Shown in pieces: positions 15,179 through 22,562 of a stretch of 32,000 nt of DNA (position 1 is its first letter; the number at the start of each line of letters is the position of its first letter). This stretch comes from Mucisphaera calidilacus. Its GTDB lineage: Bacteria; Planctomycetota; Phycisphaerae; Phycisphaerales; Phycisphaeraceae. Under the pieces are notes generated by a model. It made no database searches. It saw only the letters and a program-made list of their open reading frames with translations, and was not told the DNA's origin. Both the position numbers and the translations under genes were made by a program. Location: contig NZ_CP036280.1 in assembly GCF_007748075.1 (NCBI RefSeq), positions 2,130,001 to 2,162,000 of the forward strand, given 5' to 3'.

Positions 15179-16634
15179 AGTCGGCGTTGAAGTTCCCGTC
15201 GGACCAGCCCCACGCGCCCGCACGGCCGAAGCGGCTCGCGAGCATCGACAGGTCCAGCAGGTTGACCGAGCCATCAAGATTCGCGTCGCCCATCAGAGCA
15301 TCAAACCCGTTCGGGCTTTCCACGAGCAGCGTCAGGTCATCAAGGTCCGAATCGCCATCGCCGTCGAGGTCGTAATCCGGGTTGCCGAGGTTGTAGCGCA
15401 GCATGTCGAGGTCCGCGATGGTCAGCTCCCAGTCCTCGTTGAAGTCACCCGGGATCGTCTGCGGGATGTACTCGATGCTCAGCAGCGGCCCGTCGTCGTA
15501 CGCCGTGCTGTCATAGCCCACCTGCCCGTAGATCCCGAGCGTCGAGAGCCCGAGTATCGAGCCCGTCCCCAATCCCAGAAACAGGTTGTCCAGGTCAAGG
15601 TCATACCGCACAGGCCCCAACGCCGACGTCTCGATCTGCCGAGCCACGGCCAGCCCCGAATACTCCGCGTCCGTCAGCTCCGCGACCCCATTACCCGAAT
15701 AAGCAGCGATGTAGTGCAACGCGTGACCCTGCGTGCTGTCGGTCGTCAGCAGATTGACGTCCGCGTCGAGCTTCGCCCCCACGATTCCAGCGTTCCAGGG
15801 CAGCACCGACAAGTCGTACTCCATGAAACTCCGTCGGTCGATCGTGGTCGAACCCGCATCGACATACTGCGTCACCAGCCGGTCCGGCGAAACATCGACC
15901 ACCGGCTGCGCCGCGGCCATGTCCACCATCGCGTCGAACAGCGGCTCGATCGTCATCGTCCGACGCCGATCGAACAGGCCCGAAGGCGAGGCCACCACCA
16001 ACTCAGCCGCAACTTCCACGCTGTCGTACGACGCACTCACGAACGGCTCGTAGCTCGTTCGGCTGTCGATCCGAGGCGAGATCCACAGATTCTCCGCCTG
16101 CACCGTGCTCGAATCGAGCAAGACCCCCAGCTGATACGCATCGCCAGCGTAGGCCGGCAGACCCGTCTGGAACCGCAGGAAGTACGACTTGCCCGCCTGC
16201 AACTCGATGTCACGCGACGAGAAATCAAGGTCATACCGCTGTTGTGCGTTGAAGGGCATCGAATCGCTGTACACCTCGATCTTGCCCAGACTCGGGCCCA
16301 GCACGTCGAACGCCACACGCTCGTGAACCGAGACCTCAAGCGATTCCACGGCGAACGAGGCACCGAGATAGCACCCGACCGTCTCGAGCTTCCCGCTTGC
16401 CGACGCCATGAACGGCTGGGCCGTCGAGCCGTTGGTGATCCCGCCGAAAAAATCCTGATATCCCACCCCGATGTAGTACCCCGACCCCGATGGCGGCAGG
16501 TTCCACGGCACGTTGCTGTACGCCACCGCGAGACCGTCGTCATCCGCTACCGCGACCGACGCCCCGCTCGTCAGCGACGCTGTCATCACACACGCCAGCC
16601 AAACACCGCTTCCGTTGCCCTGAAACACTGTCAT
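15060..16634 (-). CDS. Secreted hypothetical protein with dockerin-like repeats and PEP-CTERM tail
   Basis: I prefer the start at MTVFQGNGSGVWLACVMTASLTSGASVAVA (16634). The C-terminus is GDANLDGSVNLLDLSMLASRFG...GNFNADFSVDLLDLSILASHFG followed by VPEPAGLLGLAVIGGVMRRR. The ~400-aa N-terminal region is unassigned. Confidence 0.8.
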   Translation of the reverse strand: MTVFQGNGSGVWLACVMTASLTSGASVAVADDDGLAVAYSNVPWNLPPSGSGYYIGVGYQDFFGGITNGSTAQPFMASASGKLETVGCYLGASFAVESLEVSVHERVAFDVLGPSLGKIEVYSDSMPFNAQQRYDLDFSSRDIELQAGKSYFLRFQTGLPAYAGDAYQLGVLLDSSTVQAENLWISPRIDSRTSYEPFVSASYDSVEVAAELVVASPSGLFDRRRTMTIEPLFDAMVDMAAAQPVVDVSPDRLVTQYVDAGSTTIDRRSFMEYDLSVLPWNAGIVGAKLDADVNLLTTDSTQGHALHYIAAYSGNGVAELTDAEYSGLAVARQIETSALGPVRYDLDLDNLFLGLGTGSILGLSTLGIYGQVGYDSTAYDDGPLLSIEYIPQTIPGDFNEDWELTIADLDMLRYNLGNPDYDLDGDGDSDLDDLTLLVESPNGFDALMGDANLDGSVNLLDLSMLASRFGRAGAWGWSDGNFNADFSVDLLDLSILASHFGQTTVPEPAGLLGLAVIGGVMRRR

Positions 16635-16756
16635 GAGTTCGCTCCCGAAAGGACCTCTGAACACTCCATCCGATAACAGGTTATCTCAAGACACACCCAT
16701 CCTCAATAGCCACGACCCCGAAATCGCAAGATTTCCGTTAAACCTGAGCTCTGTAC

Positions 16757-16785
16757 AAAAAAAAACCCGCCCTGATGAGCGGGTT
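16757..16785 (-). terminator. Rho-independent terminator downstream of tRNA-Ala
   Basis: On the minus strand the sequence reads AACCCGC-TCATCAGG-GCGGGTT followed by a run of nine T. Confidence 0.75.
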
Positions 16786-16790
16786 CTCAA

Positions 16791-16863
16791 TGGAGCAGAG
16801 GAGGCTCGAACTCCTGACCTTCGCCATGCCATGGCGACGCTCTCCCAACTGAGCTACTGCCCC
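16791..16863 (-). tRNA. tRNA-Ala (anticodon GGC)
   Basis: The reverse complement is GGGGCAGTAGCTCAGTTGGGAGAGCGTCGCCATGGCATGGCGAAGGTCAGGAGTTCGAGCCTCCTCTGCTCCA. It folds as a cloverleaf with anticodon loop AT-GGC-AT, a G3:U70 Ala identity pair, a GTTCGAG T-loop and discriminator A. CCA is not encoded. Confidence 0.93.
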
Positions 16864-16905
16864 GAGTTGTCCTCCGGCCGGCCAAAGCCGAGTCCAGAGC
16901 CACAC

Positions 16906-16933
16906 AGTATACCGGTGAGGCGATCATCGGCAA
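16906..16933 (-). promoter_or_regulatory. Candidate sigma70-like promoter for tRNA-Ala
   Basis: On the minus strand the sequence reads TTGCCG-N16-TATACT. The -10 element ends about 43 nt upstream of the mature tRNA 5' end. Confidence 0.3.
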
Positions 16934-17046
16934 GACGGCCTGCCGGCTTGCCACCCGCCTCCGCGATTCAAAGATTTCACCACGCCCCGTGGGGCTCGGC
17001 GTCGGTTCTGCTAATATCGTATCTCCCTCAATTTGGAGACCCAGGC

Positions 17047-17805
17047 TTGGCCCTACAGGATCGGATACGTGACCTCTCCCTCGCTGATCAGGCTGTCCGC
17101 GGACTGAGCGGCCGACTCGAAGCCAACCAGCGTCGACAGAAATCCCAGCAGCGAAAGCTCGACCAACTGCTCAACAAGGCCGCCGAGGTCAGCGAGCAGC
17201 TCAAGCAGCAGCAGGCCATCGTCACCACGATGGAGAAGCAGATCGGCGAGATCGACCTCAAGGTCGCCAAGCACCGCGAGCAGATGAACACCGTCACCAG
17301 CAACAAGGAATACTCCGCCCTGCTGGTCGAGATGAACACGCTCAAGGTCGAGAAAACCAAGATCGAGGAGAAGATGCTCGTCGAGATGGAACGCCTGGAG
17401 GAACTCAAGAACCAGGCCGCCGAACTCGACGAACAGTCCGGTAACCATAAGAAACTCGTCCAGAAGGCCGAGGCCGATGTTATCGAGGCTCGTGAGGAGG
17501 TCGGCGTCAAACTCGACGAGGCCATCGCCGAGCGCGAGAAGGCCACCATCGACATCCCGCCCGACGTCCTCACCATGTTCGAACGCCTTGGCGAGTCCTA
17601 CGAGGGCGAGGCCGTCGCGCCCATCGAGGAACAGGACCGACGACGACGCGAGTACAACTGTGGCGGCTGCTTCATGTCGCTGCCCGTCGAGATCATCAAC
17701 GGCCTGATCATGCGCCGCGACGAGGTCATCACCTGCCCCAGCTGCCGACGCATCCTCTACATCAAGCAGGACCTCATGCAGGCCATCGGCGCCAAGGGCG
17801 GCTGA
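17047..17805 (+). CDS. COG1579/DUF164-type coiled-coil protein with C4 zinc ribbon
   Basis: The track ORF starts at 16633, but that N-terminus runs antisense through the tRNA. I prefer the TTG at 17047, which lies 7 nt after GGAGA (17035-17039). The protein has a long coiled coil and ends with YNCGGCFMSLP...ITCPSCRRILY. Confidence 0.75.
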   Translation: MALQDRIRDLSLADQAVRGLSGRLEANQRRQKSQQRKLDQLLNKAAEVSEQLKQQQAIVTTMEKQIGEIDLKVAKHREQMNTVTSNKEYSALLVEMNTLKVEKTKIEEKMLVEMERLEELKNQAAELDEQSGNHKKLVQKAEADVIEAREEVGVKLDEAIAEREKATIDIPPDVLTMFERLGESYEGEAVAPIEEQDRRRREYNCGGCFMSLPVEIINGLIMRRDEVITCPSCRRILYIKQDLMQAIGAKGG

Positions 17806-17814
17806 GTCTCCCCC

Positions 17815-18489
17815 ATGCGTGCGACGCTCCAGACCGACGGCGGATCACGTGGAAACCCCGGCCCCGCCGGTGCCGGCATCGTCCTGACCGACCCCGACAG
17901 CACACCCCTCGCCGAACTCGGGATCTACCTCGGTCGATGCACCAACAACGTCGCTGAATACCGGGGACTGCTCCGCGGGCTCGAAGTCGCCGCCGAGATG
18001 GGCATCACCGACCTCACGATCCGCATCGACTCCGAACTCATCGTCAAGCAGATCCGGCGCGAATACCGCGTGAAATCACCCGACCTTAAACCCCTCTACG
18101 AACAAGCCATCGAAAAGCTAGAAACCTTCGCTTCCTGGGACATCGACCACGTCCGACGCTCCGGCAACCAACGCGCCGACGAGCTCGCCAACATGGCCAT
18201 GGACCAGCGCAAGGACGTCACCGTCCACGAGGCCTTCGCCCGCACCGATGCCCCCGAACCCTCCGGCGAGCCCGAGCCCGCCGCCGGCTACCTCGACGCC
18301 AGCGGGCCCGAATGCCCCTGCGGCCAAACTGCTGGCGACGACCACGCCCTCACGCCCCTGCTCGATGCCGGCTGGTGCCCCCACGCCCTGATGGCCCTCT
18401 TCGCCGCCTGCCGTGGCGGATCCACCTCCACCACCTGCACCCGCTGCGAAGCACGCATCAAGTGGAATCGCGATCCGCTGAGTCACTGA
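17815..18489 (+). CDS. rnhA: RNase H (type 1, RNase HI-like) with an ~80-aa Cys-rich C-terminal extension
   Basis: The RNase H fold motifs are TDGGSRGNPGPAGAG, NNVAEYRGLLRGLE, IRIDSELIV and GNQRADELAN, giving a DEDD-type site. The tail from 18313 is ECPCG...GWCPHALMALFAAC...CTRCEARIKWNRD. Confidence 0.8.
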   Translation: MRATLQTDGGSRGNPGPAGAGIVLTDPDSTPLAELGIYLGRCTNNVAEYRGLLRGLEVAAEMGITDLTIRIDSELIVKQIRREYRVKSPDLKPLYEQAIEKLETFASWDIDHVRRSGNQRADELANMAMDQRKDVTVHEAFARTDAPEPSGEPEPAAGYLDASGPECPCGQTAGDDHALTPLLDAGWCPHALMALFAACRGGSTSTTCTRCEARIKWNRDPLSH

Positions 18490-19390
18490 CCGCAACACCC
18501 TCCGACCACGCAGCGCGAAGCAGAAGCAGACAGACCCCGCCCGAGATCATCACCACCGCCGTCTCGATCGCACGGTCCACCAGCGACACCGACGCCATCT
18601 GCTCCGGCTCGATCTCCCCCAGCCACATCGCGCTCGCCGCCAACGCCACCTCCGTCAGCCCCAGCCCGTTTGGCGTCAGCGAGGCCAGCCGTGTCAGCAG
18701 CCCGATCACCCCCATCGCCAGCGCCGCTCCCAGCGAGATATCAAACCCCAGCAACTGCCCCGCCACCATCAGCCGTGCCGCCTGTGCCACCACGTCCACG
18801 CTGCGCACCGCAAAGACAACCAGCACCCCCCCGCCCGTAACCGTCGCGAACCATCTCCGCATGATCGAAGCAACCGGCCAGGCGAGCACAACGACCATGA
18901 CCGCCCAGACACCGAACCCGACCCATAAGCCACTCACCAGCGGCAGACAGGCCAGCGGGAAAATCAGTGCCGACACCGCCAGCACCCAGCCCAGTGCCAG
19001 CGTCGAGTCTCGGATCGTGATGCCGTGCACCTTCTTCAGATAGATCGAACGCCCGAGCAGCCCCCACCGAGGGCCCGGAACCATGTTCATCAGAGCGCTG
19101 CCCACCAGCAGACACGTCATCCCGCGAAAGGTGATCGGCCGATCCGCGCTCAATGGCAGATGCAGCAGATACCACAACGCCCCAGCGAGAACGAGATTCA
19201 TCCCCACCAGCACCACGCCCGCCAGCCACCACCACGACAGCAGCTCCGCCGACGCCATGGCATCGCTCAACGTCGGCCACGCTAGAACCACCACCCACGC
19301 CATCAGACCCAGTGTGATCAGCCACACCGCCCCATGACGCAGCACCGTCGTAATCCCTGCCATCCCACCGAGTGTACGCTGGCGGTACAC
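18458..19390 (-). CDS. Polytopic membrane protein, possibly of the LPG-synthase-TM/UPF0104 flippase-like family
   Basis: The 310-aa protein has about 8 hydrophobic helices. It has a GTG start at 19390, with an alternative ATG at 19363 (MAGITT). The family assignment comes only from overall composition and topology. Confidence 0.6.
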   Translation of the reverse strand: MYRQRTLGGMAGITTVLRHGAVWLITLGLMAWVVVLAWPTLSDAMASAELLSWWWLAGVVLVGMNLVLAGALWYLLHLPLSADRPITFRGMTCLLVGSALMNMVPGPRWGLLGRSIYLKKVHGITIRDSTLALGWVLAVSALIFPLACLPLVSGLWVGFGVWAVMVVVLAWPVASIMRRWFATVTGGGVLVVFAVRSVDVVAQAARLMVAGQLLGFDISLGAALAMGVIGLLTRLASLTPNGLGLTEVALAASAMWLGEIEPEQMASVSLVDRAIETAVVMISGGVCLLLLRAAWSEGVAVSDSADRDST

Positions 19391-19480
19391 TGGGTGTACA
19401 TGCAGCGAGGGTCAGAGGTTGCCTGTCATCCGGACCCGACCGATTGATCCATAAGTTCATCTCCATCGAAGGACCGATGC

Positions 19481-20524
19481 ATGGCAGAATCACAGCCCCA
19501 GCAAGCACAACCCGCCCTGAAAAAACGCAGCACCAGCCCCGCGGTCCTGCTCTTCCTCGCGCTCCTGCTCATCACCATCTCCGTCATGCTCGCCGCCGCA
19601 GGACGGACCTACTTCGACCCCGAAGACATCATGGCCGAGCAGTCACGCGTCTTCCTCACCTACCTCGTCTACCTCCCCTCCATCATCTTCGGGCTCCTCG
19701 GCGTCACCATGCTCATCGCCTCAGGCGTCCGCTGGGCCATGATCGGCCTCTGGGGACGCGGCATCACCTCGGGTGACTCCGACGAGACCCTCAACCTCCT
19801 CCGCGTCATCGGCGACCGGCAGCTCATCAGCGAAACGGCCAAACGCGTCGCCTACCGCGACGCCGACGTCCAGCTCCTCCGCGACACCATCAAGGCCGAC
19901 ATCGCCAAGGCCGAGTTCGGGGCGGCCTTTGTCCTCCTCGACGAACTCGCCAAGACCTACGGCCACCGCGAGGAGGCCGAGGACTACCGCGACCAGATCA
20001 ACGCAGCCCGCAACGCCGAGCTCGAAGTCAAGGTCACCCAGGCCATCACCAAACTCGAAGAAACCATCTCGCGTCACGATTTCGAGGCCGCGCAGAAAGA
20101 CCTCGCACGACTCCAGCGGCTCTACCCCGAATCCCAACGCATCAAGACCCTCCCGCGTACCATCGTCCAGGCACGCGAGCAGTACAAACGCGACATCGAA
20201 CGACAGTTCCTCGACGCCTCCGGCAACGACAACGTCGACAAGGCCATGGAACTGCTCAAGGAGATGGACAAGTACCTCACCGAGCAGGAGGCCGAGCCTT
20301 ACCGCGAGATGGCCCGGGGCGTCATCGGCAAGAAACGCGATAACCTCGGCGTCCAGTTCAAGATGGCCATCCAGGACACCGACTGGGTCCGCGCCGTCCA
20401 GGTCGGCGAGCAGATCATCGCCCAGTTCCCCAACAGCCGTATGGCCGACGAGGTCCGAGGCATGCTCGACGTGCTTCGCGAACGATCACAGGCACAGCTC
20501 GCCGCAGCAGCACGCTCGGTCTAA
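19481..20524 (+). CDS. Hypothetical membrane-anchored protein with a long helical (TPR/coiled-coil-like) domain
   Basis: Two N-terminal TM helices (VLLFLALLLITISVMLAAA and IIFGLLGVTMLIASGV) are followed by ~250 aa of charged helical sequence. Confidence 0.7.
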   Translation: MAESQPQQAQPALKKRSTSPAVLLFLALLLITISVMLAAAGRTYFDPEDIMAEQSRVFLTYLVYLPSIIFGLLGVTMLIASGVRWAMIGLWGRGITSGDSDETLNLLRVIGDRQLISETAKRVAYRDADVQLLRDTIKADIAKAEFGAAFVLLDELAKTYGHREEAEDYRDQINAARNAELEVKVTQAITKLEETISRHDFEAAQKDLARLQRLYPESQRIKTLPRTIVQAREQYKRDIERQFLDASGNDNVDKAMELLKEMDKYLTEQEAEPYREMARGVIGKKRDNLGVQFKMAIQDTDWVRAVQVGEQIIAQFPNSRMADEVRGMLDVLRERSQAQLAAAARSV

Positions 20525-20546
20525 CCACAGGATTGGATCGACAGAC

Positions 20547-21647
20547 TCACTCACCCGGCAACGCTAGCGGCGCCCGGTAACTCACCTCTGGCATGCCCAG
20601 CTCCAGCAGCGCCGCACGCAGCTCCCCAGCGTCCATTGTCAGCAGCGACTCCGGATCCGGGCCCGATGACCACAGCAGCGACCAGGGGCTGAACCCCTCC
20701 GGCTCCGTGATCAGCATCACCGCGGGGTCCACCGACGAAGGCACCCGCGCCAGTTCGACCGCCTTGTCGATGGCGTCCGTCAGATAGCCGATGCCATCGA
20801 CCAGCTTCGCGTCGAGCGCCTCCTGCGCCATGAAAATCTGACCCGTCGCCAGCTCACGCACCTCATCCTCGGTCAGGACGCCGTCGCGGCCCTCGGCGAC
20901 CACCGCGATGAACCGCTCGTAACCCGAGTCCAGCAGGCCGCGGATCACGTCACGGTCTTGTTCCGTCCACGGCCGGTACATGCTCCCGGTGTCCTTGTCC
21001 GTCGAGTTTGTCGACGCGATGATCTCAGGCGTCACGCCGATCTTGTCGAGCATCCCGCTGATCGTGAAGCCCGTCGCGATCACACCGATGCTCCCCGTGA
21101 TCGTCGTCGTCTCGGCCATGATGAAATCACAAGGCGTTGAGACGTAGTAGCCGCCGCTCGCCGAGACCGACCCGAAACTCGCCACCACCGGCACCTCAGG
21201 GTGTACCGCCCGGAACGACTTGAGGTGATGCCAGATCTGGTCCGACGCCGTGATCCCGCCGCCAGGCGAGGTCACACGCAACACGATCGCCGCCGGCGGG
21301 TTCGCCTCCAGCGATCGCAGACTCCGACGCACCTGCGACGCCGTCGCGTCGCCGATCGCGCCGTCCACCGGCAGAATCACCACCCGGTACTCAGGATCAC
21401 CCTCCCGGTAAACCAGCTCCGACGGGCCCGCGTACATCGAATACACGATCGCACCCAGGTAGAGGTTCAGCACGATCGAGAGGATCAGCACCGACGTGAA
21501 CACCGTCGTCATCAGCTTCGAGAAGATCCCACCGCCACGGGGCGGAGGAGGAGGCGGATAACTCGCCGGCGGCGAGGGCGGATTCGGACGGCGAGGCGGG
21601 AGAGGCGGTCGCTGCTCGGGACCACTGCTGGCCGGATGATCATTCAT
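20547..21647 (-). CDS. sppA: Signal peptide peptidase SppA (S49 family, 36K type)
   Basis: The protein has a Pro-rich N-terminus and a TM helix. It contains GGGITASDQI, FGSVSASGGYYVS and TGSIGV. Confidence 0.85.
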   Translation of the reverse strand: MNDHPASSGPEQRPPLPPRRPNPPSPPASYPPPPPPRGGGIFSKLMTTVFTSVLILSIVLNLYLGAIVYSMYAGPSELVYREGDPEYRVVILPVDGAIGDATASQVRRSLRSLEANPPAAIVLRVTSPGGGITASDQIWHHLKSFRAVHPEVPVVASFGSVSASGGYYVSTPCDFIMAETTTITGSIGVIATGFTISGMLDKIGVTPEIIASTNSTDKDTGSMYRPWTEQDRDVIRGLLDSGYERFIAVVAEGRDGVLTEDEVRELATGQIFMAQEALDAKLVDGIGYLTDAIDKAVELARVPSSVDPAVMLITEPEGFSPWSLLWSSGPDPESLLTMDAGELRAALLELGMPEVSYRAPLALPGE

Positions 21648-21695
21648 GGTGTGACTCCATCTGAAGAATCTCCCATCCTACGCGATCCCTGACCT

Positions 21696-22544
21696 ATGAT
21701 CTCAACCATGCCAACCCACCTTCATCTCGATCCCTTCAGCGGCATCGCCGGCGACATGACCCTCGGTGCCCTTATCCACCTTGGCGTCAAGCCCGAGGCC
21801 ATTGACCAGCCCCTCCAGGCCCTCGGCTTCGAGCCCGGCTTCACCCTCTCCGCCGAGCCCGTCAGCCGCCACGGCATCGGGGCCATCGACCTAACAGTCC
21901 ATGTCAACCACACCCACAAGCATGAACACAGTCACACGCATGCGCATGACCACGGCCACAGCCATCACCATGACCACGATCATGATCATGATCATGATCA
22001 CGGACACGATCACGGCCACGAACACCACCACCGCACCGCCAAAGACATCCTCGAGCTGATCGAGCGACTCGACGCACCCGACCGCGCCAAAGAACGCGCC
22101 CGCGCCATCACCCGCAAGCTCGCCGAGGCCGAGGGACGCGTCCACGGCATGCCGCCCGAAGACGTCCACTTCCACGAGGTCGGCGCCGTCGATTCCATCG
22201 TCGACATGCTTGGCGTCGCGCTCGCCCTCGAAGCCCTCGACATCGACACCCTCTCCTGCGGCCCCATGCCCATCTCACGCGGCTACGTCCGCTGTGCCCA
22301 CGGCCTCATGCCCGTCCCCGCGCCCGCCACCGCCTATCTCCTCGAAGGGCTCCCCACCGTCGGCGTTGACCGCACCGGCGAACTCATCACACCCACCGGT
22401 GCCGCCATCGCCGCCGCACTCGGCACCCACTTCGGCCCCACACCACCCATGAAAGTCCAGAGCGTCGGTTACGGTGCTGGCGACCGCGAAGACCCCAAGG
22501 TCCCCAACCTCCTGCGCGCCTACCTCGGGCACACTCACCCCTGA
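21696..22544 (+). CDS. larC: LarC-family (DUF111) nickel-insertion protein, N-terminal domain only, with a His/Asp-rich insert
   Basis: HLHLDPFSGIAGDMTLGALIHLGV is the DUF111 opening, and FHEVGAVDSIVDMLG follows later. The His-rich tract is HTHKHEHSHTHAHDHGHSHHHDHDHDHDHDHGHDHGHEHHH. The ORF stops after PNLLRAYLGHTHP, at about 282 aa rather than the ~400 aa expected. An alternative start exists at 21708. Confidence 0.75.
   Translation: MISTMPTHLHLDPFSGIAGDMTLGALIHLGVKPEAIDQPLQALGFEPGFTLSAEPVSRHGIGAIDLTVHVNHTHKHEHSHTHAHDHGHSHHHDHDHDHDHDHGHDHGHEHHHRTAKDILELIERLDAPDRAKERARAITRKLAEAEGRVHGMPPEDVHFHEVGAVDSIVDMLGVALALEALDIDTLSCGPMPISRGYVRCAHGLMPVPAPATAYLLEGLPTVGVDRTGELITPTGAAIAAALGTHFGPTPPMKVQSVGYGAGDREDPKVPNLLRAYLGHTHP
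21978..22001 (+). repeat. In-frame hexanucleotide microsatellite (GATCAT)n encoding (Asp-His)n
   Basis: The sequence reads gat cat gat cat gat cat gat cac inside the LarC His-rich tract. Each unit contains a GATC. Confidence 0.8.
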
Positions 22545-22562
22545 CGCGAGCGACATCCCACC

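Noticed and set aside
15039-16676. A 545-aa plus-strand ORF opposite the dockerin-like/PEP-CTERM gene.
   Set aside because: The translation is extremely Arg/His/Gln/Pro-rich. The minus-strand frame encodes a signal peptide, dockerin-like repeats and a canonical PEP-CTERM tail, so the minus frame is the real one.
16633-17046. An N-terminal 138-codon extension of the COG1579 ORF in the ORF track.
   Set aside because: It runs antisense straight through the tRNA-Ala gene and its terminator. An internal TTG at 17047 with a GGAGA ribosome-binding site gives a protein of the expected ~250-aa size.
21897-22035. Repetitive CAC/CAT/GAC-rich DNA, checked as a possible CRISPR array or mobile-element repeat.
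   Set aside because: It is an in-frame His/Asp-rich coding tract of LarC. There is no repeat-spacer architecture.
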